From Chara braunii (taxonomy: Eukaryota > Plantae > Charophyceae): a stretch of 64,000 bases of DNA. The stretch is from assembly GCA_003427395.1 (NCBI GenBank), contig BFEA01000028.1, positions 4,581,198 through 4,645,197 of the forward strand, written 5' to 3'. Numbering within the stretch: the stretch's first letter is position 1; each line of letters begins with the position of its first letter. The translations under genes were made by a program, and so were the position numbers. A model generated the notes under the pieces. It was not told the origin of the DNA. It ran no database searches and was given only the letters and a program-made list of their open reading frames with translations. Positions 63,901 through 64,000 of this stretch are shown here, in pieces.

Positions 63901-64000
63901 TATAACTCCAAGGCAGGTATTCCCCGCTCCTGATAATCCATGAAGGAGAGGTCAGCTAGAGTGTGCAGGAAGTGGGCAGAGGATTGTCGGGTTGATACAC

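Overview
This is repeat-dominated eukaryotic nuclear DNA from a draft scaffold with five N-gaps and one leftover Nextera mate-pair adapter. TTTAGGG repeats, a plant-type U6 and an nad7 copy that needs no C-to-U editing suggest a non-editing streptophyte such as the charophyte alga Chara (inference). I found no intact host gene, and most listed ORFs are microsatellite or low-complexity artefacts. Mobile elements: a Gypsy-like gag/PBS fragment (1-2.3 kb), a decayed 5'-truncated L1-clade LINE (15.0-19.0 kb), an ORF1-retaining LINE with most of ORF2 deleted (37.7-40.8 kb), further L1 3' fragments, a 2.6-kb TGT..ACA solo-LTR-like insertion, several MITEs with TIRs and TSDs, and tRNA-derived SINE heads. 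Other relics: a mitochondrial nad7 NUMT and a U6 snRNA pseudogene. Two signals stand out. (i) The minus strand at about 26.4-28.85 kb holds a heavily decayed, apparently intronless and very divergent RNA polymerase second-largest-subunit (RPB2-family) gene, a candidate giant-virus relic. It is interrupted by a structured insert with faint TnpB/Fanzor-like traces and abuts a 60-bp hairpin tandem array. (ii) A covarying hairpin + H-type pseudoknot + TGCTCTTATCA-loop RNA module is shared by about 12 otherwise divergent poly(A) retroposon 3' ends. All alignments were made by eye; no searches were run.
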